Part shown: one piece after another, positions 41,514 to 50,249 of the stretch
Position numbering within the stretch: the first letter of the stretch is position 1
How the letters are laid out: each line of letters starts with the position of its first letter
Virus record (IMG/VR): IMGVR_UViG_3300048015_000019
Coordinates: 1 to 61,065 of that record
Length of the DNA stretch: 61,065 nt
Reading direction: 5' to 3' (one strand)
From: a virus
Notes under the pieces: model-generated
What the model was told of the DNA's origin: nothing
Seen by the model: only the letters and a program-made list of their open reading frames with translations
The model's database searches: none
Program-made: the position numbers and the translations under genes

Positions 41514-42167
41514 GTGACCAAGGGACGCGCCTATATCTCGAACATCAGCGGCGCTTGGCCGGTCGAAAGGCAAGAGCAGTTGCTCAAGGGGTTCACCGAC
41601 ATCTATCGGGATGAACTGACGAAGGCGCAGATCAAGCGCCGCCGGACGGACGAGCTTGCCGACCGGCGGAGGATGCTGCGCCCCTCCAGTCGGGACCAAC
41701 CCGACCGCATCAGCATTGCCGCTTGGCCGTGCTTCGCCTGGGATACCGAAGACTTACTAGTGGCGCTTGGCCATGCGGCGGAAAAGCACGTGACGATCGT
41801 GTGCCTGTCAGACGGGATTGAGGTCGAGCCTTTCCAAGGGATGCCGAACCTGGGTCGGGTGGTTGAGGCTTTCCGCAATGCCAAGCGCGGCGCACGGACG
41901 GAGCCAGGGAGGCAGAAGGGCACCGATGTGGCGGCGGAAAGGCGCAGAGCTGACGTGGCTCGCCGGATCGCACTGATAGCGGATGACTGGCCTAAGCGGG
42001 AACACACCACCAAGGAACTCCTCCTGCGTGCCGGCACAAACCCCAAGACGCCTATGGCCTACGCCACGGCAATGAAATTTCTTAAGGCCCGCCCAAAGGT
42101 GCAGCGCGCCTATGAGGTCAAAAATGAACGTGCGGCACATAGAAAGGCATTGAGAGATGAAGAATAA
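41514..42167 (+). CDS. Resolvase/invertase-like protein (degenerate serine-recombinase N-domain plus C-terminal HTH)
   Basis: GTG start. AYISNISG...QEQLL, ISIAAWPCFAWDTEDLLVALGHAAEKHVTIVCLSDGIEVEP and RVVEAFRNAKRG follow the resolvase layout, but the canonical RVS catalytic motif is absent. Confidence 0.4.
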   Translation: MTKGRAYISNISGAWPVERQEQLLKGFTDIYRDELTKAQIKRRRTDELADRRRMLRPSSRDQPDRISIAAWPCFAWDTEDLLVALGHAAEKHVTIVCLSDGIEVEPFQGMPNLGRVVEAFRNAKRGARTEPGRQKGTDVAAERRRADVARRIALIADDWPKREHTTKELLLRAGTNPKTPMAYATAMKFLKARPKVQRAYEVKNERAAHRKALRDEE

Positions 42168-42714
42168 CTTTTCGCCGAGATACAGAAAGAAGAAAATCTG
42201 CCCAGGTTTTGTCTATGTGATCGGCCCCAAGGTCGGCCCGCTCAAAATAGGCGTTGCGATCAGCATTGAGAAAAGGCTCGCCAGCCTTCAAGTCGGCCAC
42301 CCGCAACGCTTGAGAATTCTAGGGGAATGGCAGCACAAGCGCCCCTATATTGTTGAAGAACACGCACACCGTGCTCTGGCGAAAGAGCGAATGTGCGGGG
42401 AATGGTTTGACGTGTCTCTGCAAGAGGCGACTGAGGCGGTTACAGTCGCTGTGCATAAGGTAAAAGGATACATCGAGCCTTTTGCCGATCCTTCTCCTGA
42501 AACATCAGTTGAACTTTTCTGCGATGAGCCTGATGAGGGAGAATACGAGCATGAACCAGAAATTTCACACTCTCCCGTGAAAGCCTTTCAATTGACACGC
42601 AGCCGAAGAATTGAGCAAATCGAGGGCGTTTTAGGGTTTCAACTTACCCGTGCTCAAATTCAAGACATGCAGCAATCGGGAATGATCCCCTTACACATGG
42701 AAGAATTCGCATGA
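42157..42714 (+). CDS. T5orf172 (GIY-YIG-superfamily) domain protein
   Basis: GFVYVIGPKVGPLKIGVAISIEKRLASLQVGHP...EEHAHRALAKERMCGEWFDV. The locus is visibly A+T-richer than its surroundings. Confidence 0.7.
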   Translation: MKNNFSPRYRKKKICPGFVYVIGPKVGPLKIGVAISIEKRLASLQVGHPQRLRILGEWQHKRPYIVEEHAHRALAKERMCGEWFDVSLQEATEAVTVAVHKVKGYIEPFADPSPETSVELFCDEPDEGEYEHEPEISHSPVKAFQLTRSRRIEQIEGVLGFQLTRAQIQDMQQSGMIPLHMEEFA

Positions 42715-42865
42715 GCGATGCCAGCACACCCCAAACCACCGACCGTCGCCCTGGCACTATCGGAACATCTGACCGCTTTAAGGACGCGGCTGGGCAACTT
42801 TGGAAAAAGACCCGCAAGGGCTGGCGATTGGCTGCGATTGCCCAGAAGCCGAAAGGGAAGACGCC

Positions 42866-43018
42866 ATGACTGACGCCCCGCATACCACCGAGGTCTGCGA
42901 GGCGTGCGGCGAACCCGCAACTCACCGAGACGCCGCGGGCGTGCCGCTATGTGACGACGATTGGCGGCGACTGTGCGAGCAATGGGCGAATTTGACCGAT
43001 GAGGAGAAGCAAGCGTGA
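42866..43018 (+). CDS. Small Cys-rich (zinc-ribbon-like) protein
   Basis: AAAGGGAAG RBS. CEACGEP...PLCDDDWRRLC. Confidence 0.45.
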   Translation: MTDAPHTTEVCEACGEPATHRDAAGVPLCDDDWRRLCEQWANLTDEEKQA

Positions 43019-43221
43019 CCGACCCCACCTTCACCGACCGCTGCCCCTACAGCCCGTCAGGCTGGGCGGTGTGGCTCGGCACGCGCGGCGGGTCTCCGGT
43101 GTGCACGTGCCAGCCGATAACGGTGCCTGATGTCGGGGAAATGGTGCAAGCCGCCGAGCTAACCCCCGAGGATATCGCGTGGGCACGGGGTGAGATTGAG
43201 CGGATGAAGCAAAGCGGCTAG
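43015..43221 (+). CDS. Small hypothetical protein
   Basis: GTGA-coupled. Shares a palindromic CTAG stop with the convergent int gene. Confidence 0.45.
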   Translation: MTDPTFTDRCPYSPSGWAVWLGTRGGSPVCTCQPITVPDVGEMVQAAELTPEDIAWARGEIERMKQSG

Positions 43222-44441
43222 TCGGATAGCCCCGGTTTGCTTCGCCGCCTGCCGTCCAGCAATTCCACCGCCGGCCGAGCGCCGTGCAGCAGCAGATTGG
43301 CCCACTCTTGCGCGATGTCCCGCCGCCTGGCCGCGTAGAGCGTCCGGTTGTAGGCAGCGTGCACAGAATCGCGTGGCATGTGCGCCAGCATCGCCTCAAT
43401 GACATCCCGATCGGCCGGGTTGCGCTCGTTCATCACGCTGGAAAATGTCGCGCGCCACCCGTGCGCCGTTTGCCGGCCGGCATAACCTGCCCGGTTCATG
43501 AGGTAGCCCAGCGCGTTTTCGGACATGGGTGCGCGCGAATCCACCACGGACGGGAATACTAGATCAAGCCGGCCCGTGAGGGTGTGCGCGGCCTGCAGCA
43601 CCTCCACAGCTTGCCGGGATAGCGGCACGGCGTGATCCGGCGTGGAGGCGGCGCGCTCCTTGATGTGCTTCATGCGGGCGGCGGGGATGGTCCAGGCCAA
43701 CTGTCCAAGATCTCCGGATAGTTGAAACTCGCCCCACGTTGCCCCGCGCAGTTCCCCAGGCCGCACCGCAGTAAGCGCGAGCAGCCGCAGCGCCAGCCGC
43801 GTGACCGGGTGCGCCGGCACCGCCTCGGCGCGCTGTAGCGCCTCCCGTGCTTCGGCCAGTCCAGTGACAGCCGCCCGGTGCCCGCCACGCACAACGGGCT
43901 GTAGAGCCTTGCCTATGCCGGCCGCTGGGTTGTGGGTGAGTTGTGCCCCGCCCGCGATGGCGAAGACCCACACGGCGGCCAGGCGCTGCCGCAGGCGGTG
44001 TGCCAGCTCGACGGCGCCGCGTTGCTCCACCTTGGTCAGCGTGGCGACGATCATGGAAGCGGTGATCTTGTGCAGCGGCTTGTCGCCCAGATCCTTCATG
44101 ATCTCGCGGTCAAGGTTGGCCTTCACATCTGCGGCGTGGTGCGGTTTCCACAGCGGCGTCTGCCGAGCAAGCCATCGAGCCGTGACGTCGCGCAACGTCT
44201 CGGCCGGGACTTCAGGACCAAAATCGCGCAGTTTGTCCCGTGCGGCGCGGGCCTGAGCCAGTGACATGGCGGGATACCGGCCCAGCGTAGTCAGCCGCTC
44301 TTTGCCATCCTCAATCCGTCGCCAGCGCCAGGATTTTGCGCCGGTCGGGGCCACGCGGAGCTGCAAGCCGCCCTCGTCGGTGAGGATCAGGGCCTTGCCG
44401 TCTTTGACGCGAGCGTTGCGACATGCGGGGTCTGTGAGCAT
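43218..44441 (-). CDS. int: Tyrosine integrase, P4-type (DUF4102 N-terminus)
   Basis: MLTDPACRNARVKDGKALILTDEGGLQLRVAPTGAKSWRWRR...LGRYPAMSLAQAR, plus the catalytic C-terminal half (HGWRATFSS...LAHMPRD...AYNR). Alternative GTG start at 44462. Confidence 0.9.
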   Translation of the reverse strand: MLTDPACRNARVKDGKALILTDEGGLQLRVAPTGAKSWRWRRIEDGKERLTTLGRYPAMSLAQARAARDKLRDFGPEVPAETLRDVTARWLARQTPLWKPHHAADVKANLDREIMKDLGDKPLHKITASMIVATLTKVEQRGAVELAHRLRQRLAAVWVFAIAGGAQLTHNPAAGIGKALQPVVRGGHRAAVTGLAEAREALQRAEAVPAHPVTRLALRLLALTAVRPGELRGATWGEFQLSGDLGQLAWTIPAARMKHIKERAASTPDHAVPLSRQAVEVLQAAHTLTGRLDLVFPSVVDSRAPMSENALGYLMNRAGYAGRQTAHGWRATFSSVMNERNPADRDVIEAMLAHMPRDSVHAAYNRTLYAARRRDIAQEWANLLLHGARPAVELLDGRRRSKPGLSD

Positions 44442-44455
44442 TCCAAAGCCTCGAC

Positions 44456-44515
44456 GTGACACGGAAGGGCGGTGTCACGTCACGTGTCCGTCCACCTTCG
44501 GCGCTGCCGTGACAC
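44456..44515. repeat. GTGACAC / GTGTCAC repeats (candidate integrase arm-type sites)
   Basis: GTGACAC at 44456-44462 and 44509-44515. Inverted GTGTCAC at 44472-44478. Confidence 0.4.
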
Positions 44516-44530
44516 GCTACAGGATGCCTT

Positions 44531-44584
44531 GCACCAAAAAAGGGGCCAAAAACAGGAACAGGCGGCACCTTGGAGGATGCCGCC
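44531..44584 (-). terminator. Rho-independent terminator between xis and int (minus strand)
   Basis: GGCGGCA-N10-TGCCGCC stem at 44561-44584, followed on the minus strand by TGTTCCTGTTTTTGGCCCCTTTTTTGG. Confidence 0.65.
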
Positions 44585-44605
44585 TGATGGCTTGAAACGC
44601 CGCAA

Positions 44606-44629
44606 TGGCTCCCGAAGTAGGACTCGAGT
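44606..44629 (-). other. attP core candidate: mimic of a tRNA 3' end (T-loop to CCA)
   Basis: The minus strand reads CTCGAGTCCTACTTCGGGAGCCA. That is part of a T-loop (TTCGAGT), the T-stem 3' arm CCTAC, the acceptor strand TTCGGGA, discriminator G, then CCA. Confidence 0.6.
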
Positions 44630-44886
44630 TATGCAGCCATCGTGTTAGAATTGCTGCGCGATTTTTCGGCTTTCGGATTTGGTGTCACGTTTTTTGTCCC
44701 GGCGGCTGTCCGGCTGCGCATCCAAGCCACCACTTCGGACGCCAGCCAGGCAACAGACCTTTCGCCGATCAGGCGGCGCTGCGGAAACTCTCCGGCGGCT
44801 TCCATGCGGTATATTTCATTCCGCGACACGCCGCACCTGTCCACCACCACAGGGAGGCGCCACAGGGCTTCTTCAAGATCGCTCAT
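44629..44886 (-). CDS. xis: AlpA-family HTH protein / excisionase
   Basis: LPVVVDRCGVSRNEIYRMEAAGEFPQRRLIGERSVAWLASEVVAWM. Confidence 0.75.
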   Translation of the reverse strand: MSDLEEALWRLPVVVDRCGVSRNEIYRMEAAGEFPQRRLIGERSVAWLASEVVAWMRSRTAAGTKNVTPNPKAEKSRSNSNTMAA

Positions 44887-45227
44887 CCCGCCACCTCACA
44901 GACCCGGTTCGCCGCTTGCAGCAGCGTGTCGGCGTGGCAGGGTTTGTCGATTGCGCACCAGCAGGCAAGGTTTTTTCCGGTTAGTTCGTCTAGGTGCTCG
45001 ACGGCATAGATCCGCGCTGCTTTCTGTTCATCGACTGTCGGCGTGCAATCAAGCGCGGCGTAGCCTGCCAGCATGTGCCTGTGCAATTTCACGCAGTAAG
45101 CCGCGTCGCCATCCTTGCCGACAACGAACGGGTTGCCCCATTTGGTTGGCCGGTTGACCACCACCGTATTTTCGGGAAGGCGCCATCCTTTGGCGCGGGA
45201 AAGGCGAATTCGTTTGGGCTCGCTCAT
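44883..45227 (-). CDS. DUF4326-family protein
   Basis: NRPTKWGNPFVVG...LTGKNLACWCAIDKPCHADTL. ATGA-coupled. Confidence 0.65.
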   Translation of the reverse strand: MSEPKRIRLSRAKGWRLPENTVVVNRPTKWGNPFVVGKDGDAAYCVKLHRHMLAGYAALDCTPTVDEQKAARIYAVEHLDELTGKNLACWCAIDKPCHADTLLQAANRVCEVAG

Positions 45228-45694
45228 GACTCGCGTTCCCATTTCCAGAAGCCCTGAGCGTCGCGGGCCGGCTGGAACGGCTCCAATACCTCGATCGCCG
45301 ATAGCGGCCAGCCCCAGTTGCTGTGCTCGCCACGGTCGCTGTCGTTGACAGCCGGTAAGCCGAGTTGGGCACTAAGCTCGGTGTCGCGGATAGGCTGCCC
45401 CAAAATGGCGGTCCCGAGGATCGAGGAGCGCGGCAGCAGCCCGGGCGTCATCAGCGTGCGCGTCAGCAGCTCAATCGCGGGCTGGCGCTCAAGGGCAGTA
45501 TCGCGCCAGAACGAACTGTGTAGCGTCAGCAACAGATCCCGAATCTCGGATTTGCTGGCCGGCCTGGCGCCGGCATGAATGGCGATGCGCTGGCCGATCA
45601 GGCGCTTGGGCGCATGCCAGCCGCGGAACTCGAAGCGCTTGGCGCCGGTGATGATCAGCGACGCCCAGGGCTGCCAGATGGTGATTGCCATCAT
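45224..45694 (-). CDS. ASCH-domain protein
   Basis: ITIWQPWASLIITGAKRFEFRGW. Confidence 0.7.
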   Translation of the reverse strand: MMAITIWQPWASLIITGAKRFEFRGWHAPKRLIGQRIAIHAGARPASKSEIRDLLLTLHSSFWRDTALERQPAIELLTRTLMTPGLLPRSSILGTAILGQPIRDTELSAQLGLPAVNDSDRGEHSNWGWPLSAIEVLEPFQPARDAQGFWKWERES

Positions 45695-45695
45695 G

Positions 45696-45977
45696 TCAGC
45701 CGGTCCTGATCCCGCGATGCGATAGCACGGCCTGCAGCTGGCGTTCGTAACTGTCAGCTTCCTCGGCGGCCGCGGCGGTCACGGCTTCAATGTATTCCTC
45801 TGCCGTGAAAATGCCTTTGCTGATAAGCAGCCCCGCCAAGCCCCCGGCATCAGACTTGCTCATGTCGATGCCGACGCGAAGGTGTTTCGGCTGTATGGCG
45901 GTGAAATTGGGGTCCACGGCCATCAACGCGGCGATCGCGGTTTGAACGCGGTGCGCGTGCCTCTCGTAATCACTCAT
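45696..45977 (-). CDS. Hypothetical protein (93 aa)
   Basis: ATG at 45977 is ATGA-coupled to the upstream gene. Confidence 0.5.
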   Translation of the reverse strand: MSDYERHAHRVQTAIAALMAVDPNFTAIQPKHLRVGIDMSKSDAGGLAGLLISKGIFTAEEYIEAVTAAAAEEADSYERQLQAVLSHRGIRTG

Positions 45978-46234
45978 GTGCCATATCCCATGTTGGAAAG
46001 CATTCGGTGCACCAGGCACCACACGTGTTTTCGGCGACGCGGCCACCGAAAAGCGGTGCCGGTGTGACTGACGACGCGACGGTCCAGGGCTCTCGCATCG
46101 CGGCCGACGAAGGTCTCGCCGGTGTAATCTGCCCGCTCAAGTGTGCCGGCGCCGCTGTTGGCGATGTGCATGCGCGCCAGTTCGGTGATCTGACCGGTGA
46201 CGGCGGAATGCAGTTCCACGCGCACAATGATCAT
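45974..46234 (-). CDS. Hypothetical protein (86 aa)
   Basis: ATGA-coupled on both sides. Confidence 0.5.
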   Translation of the reverse strand: MIIVRVELHSAVTGQITELARMHIANSGAGTLERADYTGETFVGRDARALDRRVVSHTGTAFRWPRRRKHVWCLVHRMLSNMGYGT

Positions 46235-47025
46235 GCCGGAAATGCCTTGTGCTCGCGACCGTCAAGAAGTGACCCAGCAGCTTTCTTGCCGATCCGGTTC
46301 ATGGCGGTGTGGGCATCTGGCGCATTGTCGTCTGGCGCCCATTCTCCCCATTGTTTGAAGAAAAACGGTACACCAGCCGCAGCGCATTGATCGCGCACTG
46401 ATCGCGCCCAAACCGGGTGCATAGGCCGCGCGCCGCGTCCGCTTTCACCCCCGCAAATAACCCACCAGTTGCAAAGATTAAGGTTGAACTTGTTGAAACC
46501 AGGCACCGCCGCAAACTTGATCGGACCTAACAAAGGTTCGCATGATAAGAACTTGATGGAAGCTGGGATTTCGATCAGGTGCGGAATGCGCCGATCAGCC
46601 TCAGTTTGATTTTCGACCGTCGTTCCGAGCCACACGTTGTGAAAGCCGTGGCCCCAGTCAGGCGGCAGCATCTTGGCGATGTTCTGCGGGCGCTTCGTCA
46701 GCAGTTGCCATTGCAGCCATGGCGTTGCCCGGATCATCGCCCACAGGTCGGTGCGCCATTTCAAAGGCACCCGATTGTCAAAGACATCTGCGAGCGACGA
46801 GCAGAACACCCGGCGGCGTGTCGCTGCCTTTTCTGCCGAACTATTCCAGCGCAGGGGCTGTTTCCAGTTCGCCGCAGAGGTGCGTCGCCTGGCTGAGAAA
46901 TCGCCACCCCAGCGCTCAACCAAAGTCTTGGCGTAGCAGTGGTCGCACGCAAGACTTACGGACATGCAGCCGATCCAAGGGTTGAAAGTTGCGTCAGTCC
47001 ATTCAATTCCGGTGTGTTCGGCCAT
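46231..47025 (-). CDS. Phage Gp37/Gp68 (DUF5131) family protein
   Basis: MAEHTGIEWTDATFNPWIGCMSVSLACDHCYA. Confidence 0.8.
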   Translation of the reverse strand: MAEHTGIEWTDATFNPWIGCMSVSLACDHCYAKTLVERWGGDFSARRRTSAANWKQPLRWNSSAEKAATRRRVFCSSLADVFDNRVPLKWRTDLWAMIRATPWLQWQLLTKRPQNIAKMLPPDWGHGFHNVWLGTTVENQTEADRRIPHLIEIPASIKFLSCEPLLGPIKFAAVPGFNKFNLNLCNWWVICGGESGRGARPMHPVWARSVRDQCAAAGVPFFFKQWGEWAPDDNAPDAHTAMNRIGKKAAGSLLDGREHKAFPA

Positions 47026-47091
47026 CTACATGCCCCTTCTTAACCACAACAAACCCGTTCATCCGGCAATACTCATTACGTCGCGCCTCCG

Positions 47092-47583
47092 TCAACAGCC
47101 CGGCCAGATACAGCGGGCACGCGTCTTTGTTGGATTATCAATCCAGTTCGGCACCCTCTGGTAAGCCACCGCGCAATGCGCCTCGCAGTAGGGCTTGCCC
47201 GGCACGCCGTCGGCCTCACAAAACCGAAATGACGGAGTTTCGGGATGGCCCAATGGGAAGCAGCAGGGCCGGGTAGCGGGCGCGCGGATGATCGCCCTGA
47301 GCGGTGTCGGCTCGACTGTTGGCGGCTCGGGCGCAACCGTCTCGACCACGGCCAGTTTCGGCGGCGTGACCGCGCCCTTGGCCACCACGCGGGGCTTTGG
47401 TGGCTTGGTCGGCCCGTCGCCGCGGCGAATGGGCGTCTCGCGCGACGGCAAGTCCAGGCGGTGCGCACGGCCGACGACGGCGTTTTTTGACAAGCCCATG
47501 CGCCGGCCGATCTCGGCGATGCTGTGGCCTTCGGTCCAAAGCTTGCGCAGGGTGGCGTCGTGAGTGGGCCAGGGGCTTGTCAT
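47092..47583 (-). CDS. gcrA: GcrA-like cell-cycle regulator homologue
   Basis: WPTHDATLRKLWTEGHSIAEIGRRMGLSKNAVVGRAHRLDL, and C-terminal CCFPLGHPETPSFRFCEADGVPGKPYCEAHCAVAY. Confidence 0.85.
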   Translation of the reverse strand: MTSPWPTHDATLRKLWTEGHSIAEIGRRMGLSKNAVVGRAHRLDLPSRETPIRRGDGPTKPPKPRVVAKGAVTPPKLAVVETVAPEPPTVEPTPLRAIIRAPATRPCCFPLGHPETPSFRFCEADGVPGKPYCEAHCAVAYQRVPNWIDNPTKTRARCIWPGC

Positions 47584-48698
47584 GTGGCTGCCCCGCCCAA
47601 AGCCGCCAGCCGCTGCACCTTGGCGTCCTTCATCTGCTGAAACAGCTCAGGCCTGGCCTTCTCGATCTTGCTGATGCGCGCGCGCACCGCGGCGTTGCCG
47701 CTGAGCATGTCGATAGCATGTTTATCTTTTGCCGCGCGGATCTGGCCCACAAAATCGGCAACGAAATCCATGTCGGGGTCGTTCTCGGCCTGGTCGGTGG
47801 TCGGGGCTTTGGCGGCTTGGGTGAGAGCGTCCATGCGGGAGGTTGGCGCGCCGTCCGATTTCGCTTCTGGCTTGGCACCGAAGAATTCCGACACCTTGGC
47901 GACCCCATCCTTGATCGTGGTGTAGATGTCTCGCAGTTCGGACAGTTCGTCCGGCGTGGTGGCGTCCAGCGGGTGGCCGAGCTTGTTCACCAGCATCGCG
48001 TCGGTGACGCCAATCTTGGCGAACATTGCGGTGGCATACCGCACCTGATCGGCGAACGGCGCCGCGTTCTGGCCATCCCGCGTCTTGCGGCATTCGGCCA
48101 CAGCGGCATCGACCAGATCGGGCGGCAGGATCGCCAGGATGCGCGCCCGAAGGCGACGGGCGCCCATGTTGGCGGTGATCTCGTAGATGTCGCGCTCGTC
48201 AGTCAGCGCTTTGCCGCCGCCTTGCGTGTCGCGGATGTGACGGACGGTGAAGTTCTGGGTGCTGATGACGTTGGTTTCGAGATCCCAGGCATAGGCCTGC
48301 ATTTCGCTCTCGCCATGCCGGCGGGACAGCTCGCGAATGCCGTAATCGACATTCCCGAAGCACCGAACCAGCTCCTCGACCAACCGGATCGATGGCCCAG
48401 TCACATTGCCGCCGCCGCGCTTGTAGGCATAAGCCGCCACCTGGGCGAGGCCGGGCCGTTTGCAGCTCTGCATCACTCGGGCATAGGCGGCGGCCTCGTC
48501 GCGCGGGAATCGCTTGGCGAGCAGCAGCTTGCCCTGCGCTTCGGCAATGGCGCGGTCGCTCTCGATCGCCACGCTGCCGGCGTTGATGTGCGCCGCCTGC
48601 GCCTTGGCAAACGGGTTGTTGACCTCCGGCGCGGAGCGCGTCTGCGTTTCGGCCGCCATGATTTCGCCGAAGCCGTCTTCGTATTGTGCGCCGTTCAT
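47580..48698 (-). CDS. Putative single-strand annealing protein (RecT/Red-beta class; family not resolved)
   Basis: Lies in the same operon as the YqaJ and DnaQ exonucleases. The motifs were not matched to a specific SSAP family. Confidence 0.5.
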   Translation of the reverse strand: MNGAQYEDGFGEIMAAETQTRSAPEVNNPFAKAQAAHINAGSVAIESDRAIAEAQGKLLLAKRFPRDEAAAYARVMQSCKRPGLAQVAAYAYKRGGGNVTGPSIRLVEELVRCFGNVDYGIRELSRRHGESEMQAYAWDLETNVISTQNFTVRHIRDTQGGGKALTDERDIYEITANMGARRLRARILAILPPDLVDAAVAECRKTRDGQNAAPFADQVRYATAMFAKIGVTDAMLVNKLGHPLDATTPDELSELRDIYTTIKDGVAKVSEFFGAKPEAKSDGAPTSRMDALTQAAKAPTTDQAENDPDMDFVADFVGQIRAAKDKHAIDMLSGNAAVRARISKIEKARPELFQQMKDAKVQRLAALGGAAT

Positions 48699-49300
48699 GC
48701 CGCCTGTCCCTTGAGAGAAATCATGTGAAAGTAAATCCGTGCACAAGCACGGACATCGACCAGCGCGTCATGTGCGCCGGGCAGTTCTTCGCCGAAAAAA
48801 TGCTTGATGCACTCGGCCAGCTTTGGTGGTTTCGGCTTGGTGAACCCGGCCGCGCGCATCCGGTCAGTCGGTGGCAGGTTCACGATCGGGTTGGCGGCCG
48901 TGCAGGTGCAGAAGGATGGCCGCGCCTCGATGGCCTCGATCTGGTCGCGCGATATCCCGCTGCGAAGCATGGCGATCCGCATGATGCGCCGATCGAATGA
49001 CTCGTTGTGCGCAACCCTGATGTCCGCCTTGCCGATCGCGGCGAGGAACATGACCACCGCGTCAGTTTCGGGAATACCCCGCTCCAGCGCGATCGCCTGC
49101 GTGATTCCGTGGATGTTCACGACCTCGTCGGGAATCGTCCATCCGTCTGGCCGGATGATGACCGAATGCGCCTCGACTTCGGCGCCCGTGGTCTCGCACA
49201 GCACCAGTGCCATTTGCACCAGATGCGGTTGCTGCGGCGCATCGGACGGAGCCCTGAAATCCGGCAGCCCTGTCGTCTCGGTATCCCAGAACAGGATCAT
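48695..49300 (-). CDS. DnaQ-like DEDDh 3'-5' exonuclease
   Basis: ILFWDTETTGL (ExoI), VAHNESFDRRI (ExoII), GAHDALVDVRA (ExoIII). Confidence 0.85.
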   Translation of the reverse strand: MILFWDTETTGLPDFRAPSDAPQQPHLVQMALVLCETTGAEVEAHSVIIRPDGWTIPDEVVNIHGITQAIALERGIPETDAVVMFLAAIGKADIRVAHNESFDRRIMRIAMLRSGISRDQIEAIEARPSFCTCTAANPIVNLPPTDRMRAAGFTKPKPPKLAECIKHFFGEELPGAHDALVDVRACARIYFHMISLKGQAA

Positions 49301-50247
49301 GCCGCCATCTCCTTCGCCATATACCGTTGGGTTTTGGCCCTGCCCTTGATCACCTCGCCCTCGCGCGCTGGCCGGTCAGGCTTTTCGGGCGTGACCACCA
49401 CGCTCACCGAGTAGCCGCCGCCGAAGCCGCGCTTGTGCTCGCCGAGCAGCAAGGCCACCCGGTTCTTGGCCTCTGCATACGCTTCCTCCGCTGATTTTTT
49501 GGCTTTTGCCGCGGCGAGGAAGTCAGCCACCGCTTCCGGCCATTCGTTCGACGCGGACATGTCGATCGCGTCGTCGATCACCTCGGGATACATTGCCCGC
49601 AGCACGTCGGCCGCGGCCTCAGATCCGTCGATATCCGGTTGACGGCCGGCATGGACATCAGCCCAGAACGCGGCCACGCGCTGGCGAATACCGGCGATGA
49701 GCGCAGGATTGGCCCGGTAGCGGTAGACATGCAGTTCGTTGCCGCCGACCAGGGCACAGATCACACCCCAATCGAGGCCGGCGCAGGCGAGCTGGTGCTG
49801 GTGCTGCAGCAGAATGTGTGCCGGCGGTTCGTCATTGGTCCATTTTTCACGGAACACCAGGAAATCGACGTTCTTGATCTCCAGCACGCCGGTCCCGGTC
49901 ATGCCTTGTGCCAGATCCTCGGGGCCAGGTTCGATCAGGTAGTCGAGCGTTGCGCCCATCCCTTGTGTCGTGTCGTCCTTGGCGTAGACTGCGGGCAGCA
50001 AATTCCAGCCCTCACGGATCGCCGCACGCCGGGCGATGAAGGGCTCCATGGCGATGCCCCATTCGACGCGCTCATTGCCGACCGGCGGGGCCGGAACGGT
50101 GCCGGCCTTGACGTGGTGCAGCGCGAACATGCTGAGCGCATAGGGCGGCGCCACGCCGAACAAGGCCGAGACCTCGGAACCGCCGATATGCTGCAGGCGG
50201 ATGGCATGCCATTCCTCGGGGGTGGCGGGGAGGGGGAGAAGGGCCAT
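49297..50247 (-). CDS. YqaJ-type (lambda Exo-like) recombination exonuclease
   Basis: IGGSEVSALFG...GVLEIKNV... PD-(D/E)XK layout. ATGA-coupled. Confidence 0.75.
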   Translation of the reverse strand: MALLPLPATPEEWHAIRLQHIGGSEVSALFGVAPPYALSMFALHHVKAGTVPAPPVGNERVEWGIAMEPFIARRAAIREGWNLLPAVYAKDDTTQGMGATLDYLIEPGPEDLAQGMTGTGVLEIKNVDFLVFREKWTNDEPPAHILLQHQHQLACAGLDWGVICALVGGNELHVYRYRANPALIAGIRQRVAAFWADVHAGRQPDIDGSEAAADVLRAMYPEVIDDAIDMSASNEWPEAVADFLAAAKAKKSAEEAYAEAKNRVALLLGEHKRGFGGGYSVSVVVTPEKPDRPAREGEVIKGRAKTQRYMAKEMAA

Positions 50248-50249
50248 GC

